Assembly: GCA_964016885.1 (NCBI GenBank)
Contig: OZ024742.1
Coordinates: 32,984,001 to 33,048,000, forward strand
Source: Eledone cirrhosa
Lineage: Eukaryota
Direction of reading: 5' to 3'
Length of the DNA: 64,000 nucleotides
Part shown: positions 25,313 to 40,126 of the stretch, in pieces
How the letters are laid out: every line of letters begins with the position of its first letter
Position numbering within the stretch: the first letter of the stretch is position 1
Program-made: the position numbers and the translations under genes
Notes under the pieces: generated by a model
Database searches by the model: none
What the model was told of the DNA's origin: nothing
The model's input: the letters and a program-made list of their open reading frames with translations, nothing else

Positions 25313-26857
25313 GATGCTTTTATTTTTATTTTTGTCTTGTCTTTGATTTCATATAGAAAGAGCATTAAAAATTAAACTTGCTCATTATATATATATATAT
25401 GATAATCTGTTTCTTCAATTTATCATGAAAGAGCAGTGAAATTTAACCTAGAAATCTTAAGCTGGTCTATGATGCAATGAAAGATCAGCTATCATAAAGC
25501 ATTTGTGGTGGGAGTAAATGGTAGGCTAAATTAAGCTGAAAAATTCTTATCTATAAAAATAGATGTAATTTATGCTTTATTCACTAAAAAACATTTAGCT
25601 CAATGTTAACAACAATAATACTATTATTTCTCTACAAAATAACAAAGTCTACATTAAAAGCCATGCTGCAGTGTAATTCTAGAACAGTGCTTTCAAACCT
25701 TTTAAGGATGGCACACTTTTGTTTCACTAAAAATGAGACATCCCAATTATCACTAGGTTTTGAACCTGCAGATAGCAGATTCAACCTGGTCAAAACCAGC
25801 TCTGGTTCTATGAAACAAAGCCACACATTTTAAAGAGTTCCTATTTAAACTTAAAATTTCCAATATAATTTTTTATAAAAAAACATTTGCTATAAATACT
25901 ATATAATTAACAAAATAATTAATAATTTTACTAAATACTTCCAAAGTTTTCATTAATTAATTTGAATACAGTGTATATCATTAGGAATATGGTAATGAAA
26001 GGGTTAAACGTGTCAAATTCTTGGTATTTTTATATTGTGGTATGCTATCTAGGACATTCTGCAGGTGGTTATAGAATGTCACCTTCTATTGTAACTTCTG
26101 TTGTATGTCTGCACGACTGTTACCTTGTCATATCTGGTGTTGAATCTCACTTGTGATGTTCATTCACAGACATTCTTCAGCCAATCAGTGCTCTTCTTGC
26201 ATACCCACTGAAGACTAAGTCTAATTTTTCATATCATACATTCACATAATTCTTGGTTTTTCCCGTCCTTTCTATTAATAGTCTCCAAAAATGAGACAAC
26301 ACATCATCAATTATTCATACATTATTCATAGTATAGCAATTAAATAAAATATATTCAGGGACTCACATGTGTGTGTAAGCAGGTGTAGTCAGTATAGGTA
26401 ATCTATCTTTGATTTTTCTCTGTAAAATTTCACCTTACATCTGTACAATTTTGTATCACATCTATATAATTTTGTGACACACCCAAGTAATTTTGTTATA
26501 CACCTGTATAATTTCACATTACACCTGTATAATTTTGTATTATGGCTGTATAATTTCACAACACATTTGTATGATTTTGCAACATATCTGTATAACTAAT
26601 TGCATTACACCTGTATAATTTTGTGACATACCAGTATAGTTTACATTAGACCTGTATAATTTTGCATTACACCTGTATAAATTCACATTACATTTGTATA
26701 ATTTTGCATTATACCTGTAAAAATTCACATTACATATGTATAATTTCGCAGCACACAAGTTGGAAAGGACTGATCTATATTGTAAAAGACTAATGGTTAA
26801 AGTAAGCAATAATATTAATGATATTTGATTTATAATATATATATATATATATATATA

Positions 26858-27046
26858 CAGACCTGTCAACTCTCCCTGTCTGACAGGGATATTTCTCACC
26901 CACTTTGGGGTGGGTGAGAGATGTCTTCTCTTGTCAAAATAGGTATAGCTTTCCTTATGCTTCCCATTTTGCCTAATTTCTCCCCATTTTGGGGCACTTT
27001 TTTTCATAGTATGCCTTGTTTGGGTTTTTAGAGGTTGATAGGTCTG
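26858..27046. mobile_element. hAT-type MITE
   Basis: TIRs CAGACCTGTCAAC / GTTGATAGGTCTG. Confidence 0.6.
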
Positions 27047-28419
27047 TTATATATGTTAGGTGTGTAACAATAGTTACAGGATTAAGCTAGTCTTACTTCT
27101 ATGTATCATCTATCTACAAAACAACTAACTTGGCTAAATTAATCTAGGGTTCAACAATAATCTACAAGGAATATATCTAATCTCACAAAATGTAAGCAGT
27201 AAAATTAACACAAAATCTTAATTTTAACTCTTCACATCCTGATATGATTTAGCAGAAAATATTTATAAATGGGCTTGTTAATTCAAATGTTTATAGCATC
27301 TTTACTACTGGACAGAATGTTGTGAAAATTTGCAGTATTAGAGTAAAGACTTTAATTTTGATGTCACTGTGCTGTTTTGTACTTAATGTGGTTTCATGTG
27401 ATACAGGACATTCAGAGTTTAACAAAAATACTAAGATCAAGCCGTGACCATTTATATTTTTAAAAGTTGCAGTGTAACAAAATAACCTCTGGTAAACATT
27501 TGATACTGGACGAAAATACTAAAGTATCAATGTTTAGTTCAAAGTGTTTTATCTGTGGTCAAACATCAATTGATTAAATGTGGTTATCAAAGTTTGATTG
27601 AATGAAAAAAAAAGGTCAATATTGATTTCATAACCCTTTTGATACCAACCCACGAGAAATCACCCCTGGTTTTATGATATAAAACTGCCCATTTTAAATA
27701 GTTCACATTTATATTAAAACCTTCCAATATAATTTTATGCAAGAACCTTTTGTCAAGTAATGCTCCAAACATCAGCTTAATAATGACAAAGTTAGTTACT
27801 TTACTCCAAATATTTGTTTTATTATTTTCAAATTTAATTGAAACACATAGGCTGTGTATTTATTTCATTAGAAATATGATAACTACAGGATCAAAGAGGC
27901 ACAAAGCCATAGATTCATAGGTATAATGAGGAATGGGATTAGAACTGTGTCTGTCATTTCTTCTTCAAGAGTATATTAGAAACTTGAACTGGAAATCAAA
28001 GCAATCAAAGCCAAGTTATGATTTGGTTTAGAGGGAATGTACTTCATACTCCATGCCATTTTTTCTTTCTGTCTTTTTATTACATGTAGGTGAAATATAA
28101 GGAAGTTTCAGCATGTATGCACCATATAATTATCAATTGAAATTCATTTAAAATTGTAAAGAAATACCAATCAATAACTTCTGTTTTTGTCAATCGATCT
28201 ATTAACTGAACACACACACACGTATTTGTGTAGAAGTATGCATGTATGTATATATATATATAGAGAGAGAGATTTTGAGTTTATGTTGGTTGTATACCAA
28301 CACCTCAGTATGCAGGCTGGAACACTCGACGAAGTGCGCAGGTTGGTTTGGTTACTCCGGAGTAGTGTAAAATAAAGTTAAATAAAAAGTCAAATGATTA
28401 AAATTTAGCTTCGTTTATT

Positions 28420-28474
28420 ACTGCTATATATATTTCAGTGACAGCCATCTTTGGCTGTGACCTCTTCAGGCAGT
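28420..28474 (-). ncRNA. Minimal type I hammerhead ribozyme
   Basis: Mirror copy of 28710-28764. Confidence 0.8.
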
Positions 28475-28709
28475 TTGAATTAGTATGGTATAGACAAGTA
28501 CATATGTTGTTGAGGTGTATAATATTGTCAATACTCTGATATGCCCAGTTCCTGGTTGGGTTGTTATTTCACTGAGGAACTGGAGTCATATGATATGACT
28601 CCAGTTCCTCAGTGAAATAACAACCCAACAAGGAACTGGGCATATCAGAGTATTGACAATATTATACACCTCAACAACATATGTACTTGTCTATACCATA
28701 CTAATTCAA

Positions 28710-28764
28710 ACTGCCTGAAGAGGTCACAGCCAAAGATGGCTGTCACTGAAATATATATAGCAGT
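28710..28764 (+). ncRNA. Minimal type I hammerhead ribozyme
   Basis: ACTGC-CTGAAGA-GGTCACAGCCAAAGATGGCTGTCACT-GAAA-TATATA-TA-GCAGT. Confidence 0.85.
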
Positions 28765-28974
28765 AATAAATGAAGCTAAATTTTAATCATTTGACTTTTA
28801 TTTAACTTTATTTTATATATATATATATAAATTCATCTACTATGTGCAAAACATAGTGGTAGTGGTAAAATTGCATACTAGTTGGCACTGGTGGGGACTT
28901 AGTGAAGGAGGTAAATTTTAGAACAATTCCAGATGTTTAGATAATTATATCATTCATCAAAATTAATACCATAA

Positions 28975-29040
<66 letters not shown>

Positions 29041-30074
29041 TATATGTATGTATGTATGTGTGTGTGTGGGTGTGTATATAAATATATCAAGAAGATCATT
29101 CAGATTGGTCATTTAAAATTAAATATTATAGTTGAGTCAGCATATAAGGATTCAAAATGTAATGATCAGCTCTGGTCAAGCAGACTATTGTTTGAAAGCA
29201 TTCCACCTTAAAATAAAATACAGTATATCTGGGATATATTATCCAACATATACTTAATTTTTTATTAAGATAGTAGACTGTTATTTGAGGAAGATTTGAC
29301 TTCCATTTTTAGCAGTTTGAATGAATATGTAGTGGGTCCCTTCTTGGCTCATGAAAATATAATGTAGAGAGCCAAAATGAAGAAATGAGTTATGTTGTTG
29401 TTTGGCCCCAGATCAGTTCTGGTCAAGCAGACATATCTTCAAAGGTATTCCAGCAGTGACCATCCCATCTTAGATTAAGATATTGTGTATCTGAGGCTGC
29501 TACATATTCCTGTTGTGATATTGGTACTATTGTTGTTAATTAACAGTCAATTGTGATGTTGGTACTAATGTTTCCAAACTGACATATAATTGGAATGGCT
29601 CTTCCAGCACGTCTCCCTCACCATCCTCTGGGGAAACACCTTCTCTATTCAGTCCACTGGGACCGCGGGGCAGCCAGCGCATTGACCCCCATTTGCTCAC
29701 AATAGTGAAAGATGGAGAGACGGAGGCAATGACAGTGGGAGTTTGGTTCTTTTGTGTTCGGACCTGGTGTATATATGTGTATATAAGAGAGAATGAGTCT
29801 TTCCCACTACCTTTTAAATTATTGTATATGATAATGTATACACATCTACTGTCATTGTGATGATTCTATTGTTGTCAATTAACAGCCAATTGTGATATAC
29901 TATAGTTACCAACTAACAAACAATTGTGATATTAGTACTATTGTTGTCAACAATCAATTGTGATGTTGCTGAACAACTATGAACTAATGATGACATTGGC
30001 AATCAAAAGTCAGCCAATAATATTATATTCTTACTCAGCAATTTTTGATCCACTGATGTACGAAACCTCAGCAA

Positions 30075-30655
30075 CTATGCTGGCCAGGTTAAGCCTACCT
30101 ATCCATGCTGGCCAGGTTAAGCCTACCTATCTATGCTGGCCAGGTTAAGCCTACCTATCTATGCTGGCCAGGTTAAGCCTACCTATCCATGCTGGCCAGG
30201 TTAAGCCTACCTATCCATGCTGGCCAGGTTAAGCCTACCTATCTATGCTGGCCAGGTTAAGCCTACCAATCCAGGCTGACCAGGTTAAGCCTACTTATCC
30301 AGGTTAAGCCTACCTATCCATGCTGGCCAGGTTAAGCCTACCTATCTATGCTGGCCAGGTTAAGCCTACCTATCCATGCTGGCCAGGTTAAGCCTACCTA
30401 TCCATGCTGGCCAGGTTAAGCCTACCTATCCATGCTGGCCAGGTTAAGCCTACCTATCCATGCTGGCCAGGTTAAGCCTACCAATCCAGGCTGACCAGGT
30501 TAAGCCTACCTATCTATGCTGGCCAGGTTAAGCCTACCTATCCATGCTGGCCAGGTTAAGCCTACCTATCCATGCTGGTCAGGTTAAGCCTACCAATCCA
30601 GGCTGACCAGGTTAAGCCTACTTATCCAGGTTAAGTCTACCTATCCAGGCTTAGC
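30075..30655. repeat. 28-bp minisatellite, about 20 copies
   Basis: Unit CTATCCATGCTGGCCAGGTTAAGCCTAC with recurring variant units; no spacers. Confidence 0.95.
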
Positions 30656-32091
30656 CCTGATCGTTAACATCTATGTTTTGTTACTGAACAGCTAAGAGTT
30701 GTTCTTGTTGTGCATGTAACTTGCAGTTGAATAGTTTTTAAGCAAAGTGATACTCAATAATTAATTACTGAGTAACTGTTGATCAATGAAACTATTGCAA
30801 AATAGTTACCAGGCATTGTATGATACCATGAATCAACAGATCCCTTCCAATGAGAATGAAACAATGTTTAGTTAAAAATGTATGAAATTTGCAGGATGAA
30901 ATAAGGACTTAGCCATAGCCTTCTATTATAATTCCATTCATATCTAGGTTGCTTTATAGGAATATATATATTAACCATAGTATTTTGACATATTTCATTT
31001 CATTGAGCTTGGAAAGATAAAAGGAAGGCATGGCTGTGAAATATGAATGCAGGCATTGTTTAGAGATTAAGAAGTTCATTTTACAACTACATAGTTTGAG
31101 GGTCAATACCACCATGTAAAGCCATAGGCAATTGTCCCATAGCATATCCTCAGGTTGACCAAAACCTTCTGAGTAAAATTTGGTAAACTTTAATCTGTCT
31201 CAGTTTAAAACACCACATGGCCCTTAGGTGTCTTTAGCAGAGCCCATTCTATTTGGAAAAATTTAGGCCAGGTCCCTGGTCTCAGGATAATAAACCTCCT
31301 TTTTACTACCAGTAGTCTCAGAAGCTCTGAAAAGGGCCATGGGTGTTGCTCTTCCTCTGCTGAGTAAACAATAAATATAATTGTTTCTACCTTAGGCACA
31401 AGGCTAGCAATTACCCCAGTGCATTACTGGTACTTTATTTTATCAACCCCGTAAGGATGAAAGGCAAAGTTAACCTCAGCGAGATTTGAACTCAGCATGT
31501 AAAGGACCGTAACTCCATGCTGCAAAGCATGGCGTCCGACCCTTACTGATAATGCCAATAAATATATTATTAATAAAAACCACTTGACATCGGTGAGATT
31601 TGAACTCAGAATATATGGGGCTGTAAGTAAATACAGCAAAGCATTTTGTACAATGATTTTTGTTAATCCTCCACCAAGGAAACAAAAAGAGATGAAAATC
31701 TATTGAAAATTTGTTGAAATATAATATTTTCATGTATCTGCACACAAAATATTTAATAAGAAATATTATACAATGGAATCTTCAGTGAAACTTTAGAAAC
31801 CAGAGGGGATAGACGGAATGGTTTAATGTTCCTCCATAGAGCTGTTGTCATTACTAGTATTATTAATATTATTATTATTATTGTTTATCATCCTCACCAC
31901 CATCATTATCATTATAAAAGGTGAGAAAAAAGGTATTTAAAAAACAACAAAATTGGCATATATAATAATAATAATGAAATTATTGTGTAAAGTGCTCAGG
32001 TGCACTACAACTCGTCAAAGGTGCATGTATAGTACATAGAATAATATACATCCACTCACATATTCATACACACCTTTCCAACATAAATATC

Positions 32092-32130
<39 letters not shown>

Positions 32131-32192
32131 TGTGGGGGGGGGGGGGGGCAGTGTGAAAGATAAAGAGAGAGCGAGAGAGAAAGAGACATATA

Positions 32193-32263
<71 letters not shown>

Positions 32264-32780
32264 GTGTGTATCTATTTAAACACATTGAAAAAAGAAAATA
32301 ATAATTAAAAAATTTGATTATGAACAAGTAAAGCATGTCTAATATTTAACGAAATATCCAGCTTCATTATTGTCACATAGACAATGACTAATACGTCAGA
32401 TATAATAATTTCCATTCATGATATGTTTCAAGTATTTCTTGATTTATCTCTCAAGATCCTCATCTGAGACCACAAGTACATAGCTTGTATAATGCTACAT
32501 ACACATTCACAGATATACACACAGACACACAAATGGACATATATACACACACACACACACATATCAAGCAGGAGAATACTACTCCATCTTTACTTCATAA
32601 GAAAGAAAAAAAAAAAAATAGAAAAGAATTAAAAAAATAAATCTATTAATAGAAAATTATAAAATTATGAACGAATGCACACACACACACACACATTCTT
32701 TCCTGCATAAATATATATATTTGTGAGTGTCATTTCTATATGAAATAAATTATATATATATACGTACATATATATATATG

Positions 32781-32812
<32 letters not shown>

Positions 32813-33390
32813 CACACACATATACCTACCTGCATATATATATATGAAAGAGTCGGGACCCTAATGGTTGAGCTCTTGCCGTTTCAACAGCTAGACTCTT
32901 TCATATAACCACACTCTACTACCCCAAGTATTTAGTACTCAGGTGAGTAATGGTCTCAACAGGTTTTTATAGTATCCTTTTGATATATATATACGTCTAA
33001 CCCATGCTAGCATGGAAGAACGGACGTAAAGCGGTGATGATGATATAGATATATTATATATATATATTATATAGGCATGTGTGTGTGTATGCATGTATAT
33101 GCATGAGAATAATTGGTAGATGGAACTAAATGCAAGCTTGTCAGAAGGATCGTTTCTCTATTTGGATGGTAGAATTAATTTGATATCCACAACCTGGATG
33201 TTGGAAAAAGCAACAACCATATCAATAAGTTGTCTTCTTGTCTCAAAGGGTTTTTTTCTTATCAATATATTGACTCCAGTACTTGTTTTGTTTTTTAAGT
33301 CTGGTTCTTATTTCATTGACATCTATATGTTGAACCACTAAATTACAGGATATAAAAACAAACAGCAGTGTGAATACAGACAAAAGGTTG

Positions 33391-33550
33391 CACATAAAAC
33401 CACGTATATACAAAGGGTCACACATAAAACAACGTATATATGATGAGTCACACATAAAATAACATATATATGAAGGGTCACACATAAAACCACGTATATA
33501 TGAAGGGTCACACATAAAACCATGTATATATGATAGGTCACACATAAATA
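33391..33550. repeat. 30-bp tandem repeat, about 5 copies
   Basis: Unit CACATAAAACCACGTATATATGAAGGGTCA. Confidence 0.9.
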
Positions 33551-34840
33551 TATGATGGGCTTCTTCACAATTTTTATCTACCAAATTTCACTCACAAGGC
33601 ATTGGTCAACCCAAGAGAACACTTGCCCAAAGTGTCACTAACACGTATACCCTTAGAATTACAGGTACAGTCAATCTGATGGGCTTCTACACAGTTTCTG
33701 TTTCCCCAATGCCACACACAAGGCTTGCGTGGATCTGAGTCTATGGTAAAAGACACTTGCCCACATGTGGTTGTGAAGCAAACCTCTTAACTACACAGCC
33801 ATGTCTGCACTTGTATAACATTTATTAGGTGGTATATTTTCCTGTTTATAAAAGCATCTTTTCAAGCATTTGCAATCATAGGTATGACAAATGTCACTGA
33901 AAAGGAACCGAGGAGAAAATTTTCTCTTAAGAAGTAATTTAGAGAAAGGTGATGCATTCATTTTATATTCTTGTAAAAGCTGCGAATTGCTTTGTAATTG
34001 ATTAAATTGCTTAGTTTCCACAGAAATAATCATGAAAATATCATTTAGCGAATTCCATAAAGCTGACATTGGAAATTGGTAAAAATGTTTCAGCATAAAT
34101 TAGTTTAATCTTTTTTTTTGTTTTTGTCTTTCAAAAGAACAAAATTCTGTTGATTATTCTTGTTTCCATACAGTGTGTATATGGTTTAAAATAGGTACAC
34201 TGTATCTCTGCATGTTGTAAGAGGTGATTAAAAGGGTTGGCATCATGAAGGGCATCTAGCAGTATAACATTGCCTCAAAAAGGTCCCTACAATAAGTATG
34301 AAACCTGTCATGGAACCCGTAAGGCGAATGTCTGCTTTAGGATGAAAAATGGCCTTAAAATGCTTGTTGTATTATACTTGTATTATACTTGTTTCTGTTG
34401 TATCCATTGTTCCTGCAGTTCCTCGTTATCATTGGAGGTTTATATTGAAGAATATAAGTTTGGAGTTAATTTTTTTCATATCTCACACACCCATTCCATT
34501 TTTATTTCCTTCTTCTCATTTTGTCATTTATATTCTTTATATGAAAGCTCTTCAGTGGCCACAAATGAAAGAATATAATACCTTTGTTTTCAAAGAGACG
34601 GTATAACAATTGTACCCTTTTTTTATAAGTACTAAAAAATATAGCATAAAAATGACATATTGTCAACTGATAGAAGAATAATTTTTATGTACTCAGCCAT
34701 ATATATATAAACAAAACACACATCTACAGATAAAAACAATGTAAAGAAATTCATAAAATGAAATTCTTTGTATGTCTTCATAGAATACACACACATCTCT
34801 CTCTCATATACATATATGTATGTATGTATGTGTATATATA

Positions 34841-34872
<32 letters not shown>

Positions 34873-35039
34873 CACATGTGTATGCAAGCATGTACTTTAT
34901 GTACTTGGATTCTAAAATATATACTGGAATGCATAAATAGACACATACATATCACAAAATAAATTGGTAGTTGGATAGTCAGATGCACATACAGTAATAC
35001 ACTATAAGGTATACTGAAGAAATTTTATATGTGGGGGAA

Positions 35040-37220
35040 AAATTGTTTATTTGATTTGAATATATTAGGTGCAAGACCAACAATTTTGGGGGATGGGAAA
35101 GTCGATTAAATCGACCCCAGTGCATTACTGGTGCTTTATTTATCGACCCTGTAAGGGTGAAAGGCAAAGTTAACCTCAGCAGGATTTGAACTCAGAACGT
35201 AAAGGGGCGTAACTCTATGCCGCAAAGCAGATTGTCCAACGCTCTACCGATACTGCCAATCCACCGCCCTCCTTTCAATAATAATTGTTTCTACCTTTGG
35301 CACAAGGTCAGCAAATACCCAGTACATTACTGGTACTTTATTTCATCGACCCCGTAAGGATGAAAGAAAGTGAACCTCGGCGGGATTTGAACTCAGACTA
35401 CAAAGGGCCGTAACTCTAGGTTGAAAAGCATGGCGTCCGACCTTCTACCGATAATGCCAATCCCCCACCTCCTTTCAATAATAATGATTTCTAATTTAGG
35501 CACATGGCCAGCAATTTGAGGGTTGGAGAAAGTTGATTATATCAACCCTAGTATCTGACTGGTACTTTATTTTATGAGCTCTGTAACGACAAAAGGCAAA
35601 GTTGACCTTAGTGTGATTCAAACTCAGAATGTAAAGGGTCAGAACTAAATACTGTAAACTAATTTTTTTTTTACTCAAATCCCTACTTTTTCAGCTATAA
35701 TAATGATTTTTAATTTAGGCACAAAGCCAGTAATTTGTGGAGTAAGGGGAAAGTTGATTATATTAACACCAGTACTTGACTGGTACTTTATTTTATTGAT
35801 CTCAGAAGGATAAAAGGCAAAGTTGACCATGGTGGGAAAAACTTGTAGCTAAATACTGCAAAGTATATTGTCCAACGCTGTTACTGTTACAGCAACAACA
35901 ACAATATTAATAATTGTTTCTACTTTTGGCACAAGGCCAGCAATTACCCCCAGTGTATTACTGGTACTTTATTTTATCAACCCTGTAAGGATGAAAGGTA
36001 AAGTTAACCTCAGCGGGATTTGAACTCAGAATGGCAAGGGCCGTAACTCTATGCATCAAAGCATTGCGTCCGACCCTCTACCGATAATAATACCCAGGGA
36101 TATGTCAATCCACAAAGGGATCAAGGTTAATTGGCTTGATATTACTGTGAAGGACCACCAGAAAAGGAATTGCTGTCTATCTGAAGCATCAGCCGCAACA
36201 GATGACTATGTATTTATAAACAAAATCGATAAACCCTCGAAATATAAAAATCTAGACAGAGATAACCAGAATGGAGAGAATGTAAGCAGAAAAAAACAAA
36301 ACAAAAAAAACAATCCTTATAAAAAAAAAAAGACGAATTTGGCATGATAAAAAACAGATGCAGACAAATATATACCCCAAACCCCAGGATTTCTAAATAT
36401 GTGCAACATGCAGAAAGTAGCACTCCTAGGAACTGTACACTGCATATATTATGTAGAATACTGTCAAATCAATAGGAAATAGAAAACCAAAAGAAAACAT
36501 TTCATATACTGAAGGTGCACAGAGCTGCACTTGGTAGTGCTGGAAGGTGCACAGAGCTGCACTTGGTAGTGCTGGAAGGTGCACAGAGCTGCACTTGGTA
36601 GTGCTGGAAAGGACGCCGGAGGATAAAAATATATTATTATCAAAATAATAATAATAAAAACAATAATAACAACAACAATGATGATGGTTTCTAATTTATG
36701 CATAAGGCCAGCATTTGAGGTTTGGGGGAGGTTGATTAAATTGACCCCAGTACTTGACTGGTACTATAGTTTATTGATCTTCGGAAGGATGAAAAGTAAA
36801 GTTGTCCTCGGCAGGATTTGTACTTTGAGTACAGACAACTGGAACAAATTCCACCACAAGGCATTCTGTCTGACACTCAAATAATTCTGCCAATCCACCA
36901 CCCTTAAACAATAATAAAAAATAGGAGAAGGAATGATTCAAAGGAACTTTGGCCATTGACCATGGCTTGCTTTTTTGATATAGTGTCGGCATAACATGTA
37001 TCAGAGCAAAAGCGTTACAAATAATAATAACGATTTCTACTATAGGCACAAGGCCAGCAATTATCCCAGTGTATTACTGGTACTTTATTTCATCGACCCC
37101 CGTAAGGATGAAAGGCAAAGTTAATCTCGGTGTGATTTGAACTCAGACCATAAAGGGCCGTAACTCTTTGCTGCAAAGCATGGCATCAGACCTTCAACCG
37201 ATATTGCCAATCCACTGCCA
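35040..37220 (-). mobile_element. Dense SINE cluster (about 7 copies) with an R4-like LINE 3' remnant and a 32-bp tandem repeat
   Basis: Repeated SINE bodies; MQKVALLGT-like remnant near 36408-36435 (+); GAAGGTGCACAGAGCTGCACTTGGTAGTGCTG x3 at 36511-36608. Confidence 0.75.
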
Positions 37221-37851
37221 TGAATACCGTTACAAATAATAATAAATAACAACAATATAATGACAGCAATAAGGAAAGAATGGATCAAAGAACTGTTTGG
37301 TAGCAACTTCTTGTCATAACATTCTCAAAATAAATAATATTAAAAAGTAAATAAAAGTAATCCAGCATGGCCTTAACCTTGTTTGCTGACAAGAGAAACT
37401 AAAGAAGTAAAAATAATGCTCCACTTCTATCTGTCTTGTAGACAGTCTCTGAAGAGTTCCTATGCCAGTGTTTCATCCAACACTTCTGAGATTTAGCACT
37501 GAAACTTGCCTTGACATGAAAACTGGACTTTACCGCGGCCTACTCAATTGACAAATACCCATGTTGAGCTATATGTAACATCTTTAGTAATGACAAGCAG
37601 GTTTGCTACCTGAATATATGACACTATCTCAGTCACTTTGAGACCTGTGGTTTAAGAGAGTGAGAAGTGAACAACAAACTATTTTAAAAAAAGGGAAAAT
37701 ACAAAAACAATCTAAAAAGTTAGATTTACTTTTTTCCCAATCTTCAATCACTTATGTTTGTTTGCTTTTATCTTACTTGGCATAGAGTGCATTGTGTTTG
37801 AATGTATATTGTTAAATCTTGAGTAAACATACAGATGATACATAATGAGTT

Positions 37852-37895
<44 letters not shown>

Positions 37896-38135
37896 GTGTG
37901 GGTATCAACACAAATGACCATAATAATAGTCAATCACTATAACTTATAGTGGATAAAATTGGGTAAATTACTTGTGGAGATGGAAAAAGTGGCCAAAGGT
38001 AACCCTGTCCACTATTTCAGTCTCTCTGGGTATTTTATCCGAATTTCTCAAATATTATTATAGTCATTTGCATAAGGATGCACACATTTCAAATTGAATT
38101 TTTTTTCCCAATGCATCCCAAGTCAACTGCATTAC

Positions 38136-38199
<64 letters not shown>

Positions 38200-38254
38200 G
38201 TAGTAATAGGTAGGTAAAAATATCCAAGGTATAGAGCAACTGAAGTCTGTAAGG

Positions 38255-38478
38255 TGAATTTGAATATAATTATTAATGCCAGTTACTACAACGGCGTCAT
38301 ACCAGGTATATATGTTTCGTTAGCCCTGGGGTCCAACTTGTTCAACCAGTGCCGATGAAAATGAACCGGAAAACCGGTTTATTTTCATTGGGACTGGTTA
38401 AACAAGTTGGACCCCAGGGCTAACAAAATTTATGTACCTGGTATGGTGCCATTGTAATAACTGGCCTTAATAAATATA
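38255..38478. repeat. Diverged ~220-bp palindrome
   Basis: Centre AACCGG-AAAA-CCGGTT near 38371; arms of about 105 bp with scattered mismatches. Confidence 0.85.
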
Positions 38479-38755
38479 TATATATATATATATACACACA
38501 TAAATATATGGATGCAGCTGCTCTGAAAGAAAGAAAAATGATAAAAAGAATAGAAAAAGGTGGGTTATATATATTAACCAAAAGGTTGTTGGTTCAAGTC
38601 CACCTTGGGAAGAATTAGACAGTGCTTTGTCCAACCCTTGCTAGCAGGGAAAACGAATATTAAATTATATATATGTATGTATATATATATATATACATAT
38701 ATACATATATATATATATTGTCCCACCCTTGCAAGCAAGGAAAAGCGGATGTAAA

Positions 38756-38787
<32 letters not shown>

Positions 38788-40126
38788 AATATATGGATGT
38801 ATTTGCTCTGACAACAAAAGAGGGTAAAAAAAAAAAAGAAAAAGAACAACAAACAAATCAGATCTGTTTTAAATTATAATACTTAAAATGGTTGTTAGCT
38901 GCACAGAGTTTGATTTTCATCTTTTGTCTAAATAGCCAGAAACCAGATAAAAATAACTGACAAAAGTGGTTTACTGCAGTTAAACAAATGAAAGTCAAGG
39001 AATTTGAAAAATAACTGTCAGCAATATGATTACATTTGTTTTAAGACAATTCTTTGCAGGAAGATAAAAAAAGCTATTGAAACCAGATCGATGTAACTGA
39101 AATTGAAATCTAATCAAGATTTAATGGTGGAGCCCTTGCATGGCCACAGCCCATGGGCTTGAACAAGTAAACGGATAAAAGAATAAATTTTCATCTACTA
39201 CGTATAACAAATTAAATTGGAATAATATGGGGCAATGACGCATGATTAAGTCTTTAAAATGTTCAAATCCCCATCCCAAAAATGTTTGCAAAGATATACA
39301 AAAGACTTTTCTTGTCTATTATTCACTGTATCCAACTAGATAAAAATATTTTGCATCTCATAAATTTATAATTTGTCATAGCTTCCAACATGTGAATTGT
39401 CCTAATACAAACTTTGGCGCAGAGCTGGAGAGCGAATCATAGAGAGAGAGAGTAGGGCAAAGTGTTAGGACTATCACTCTTAAATAGTATCATGTGGTTA
39501 TTGGTAGAGACAATAATGAGAGAAAAAAAGCAATGACTGACTTAGAGTAATGGCCTAAAACGTCTGCAGGTAGCATCTGTAAAAGGCAATAACACAGTGG
39601 TTACAACCATTTTCATATAAGTACTGCATCTTGTAGTAAACACACAACGAAACAACCAGTGTTTTGCGTTGTTTTGTTTGTTACTCTCAACCTATCATAG
39701 CAGCTGCCTCTAAAACACACACACACACACACATATGTTTATAAATATATGTATGGGCATGTGTATACATATATATACATAAATATATATATACACACAC
39801 ACATACATACATACACATACAAATATAACATGTACATAACACACTTCCATTTTGTGACTCCGGCTGTATAATCATCATATATTTGATCACAAATGTACCA
39901 AGATATATATATGATACATTTAATTTGCAATCAGGAAGTTGGAACCATAGTAAACACAGAACACCCACGGACATGTAGGTAGGCATATATGTAAATGTAC
40001 AGGTATACCCATGGTTGTTACACATATAACTCCTCTGGAGCATTATTCATGTAAACAAATGTGCACATACAGACATACACACACACATAAACCTATTGTT
40101 ATACTTTGCTGAGTACATCAACACAT

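Larger units (their letters stand above)
28368..28815. mobile_element. ~445-bp palindrome of a Penelope-like pLTR with two hammerheads
   Basis: Arms of about 222 bp centred near 28592, with a hammerhead in each arm. Confidence 0.85.

Noticed and set aside
30075-30655. 28-bp repeat array as a CRISPR array
   Set aside because: Units are contiguous with no unique spacers, there are no cas genes, and the context is eukaryotic.
37448-37520. CTGAAGA..GAAA as a hammerhead
   Set aside because: No consistent stems I-III around the core.
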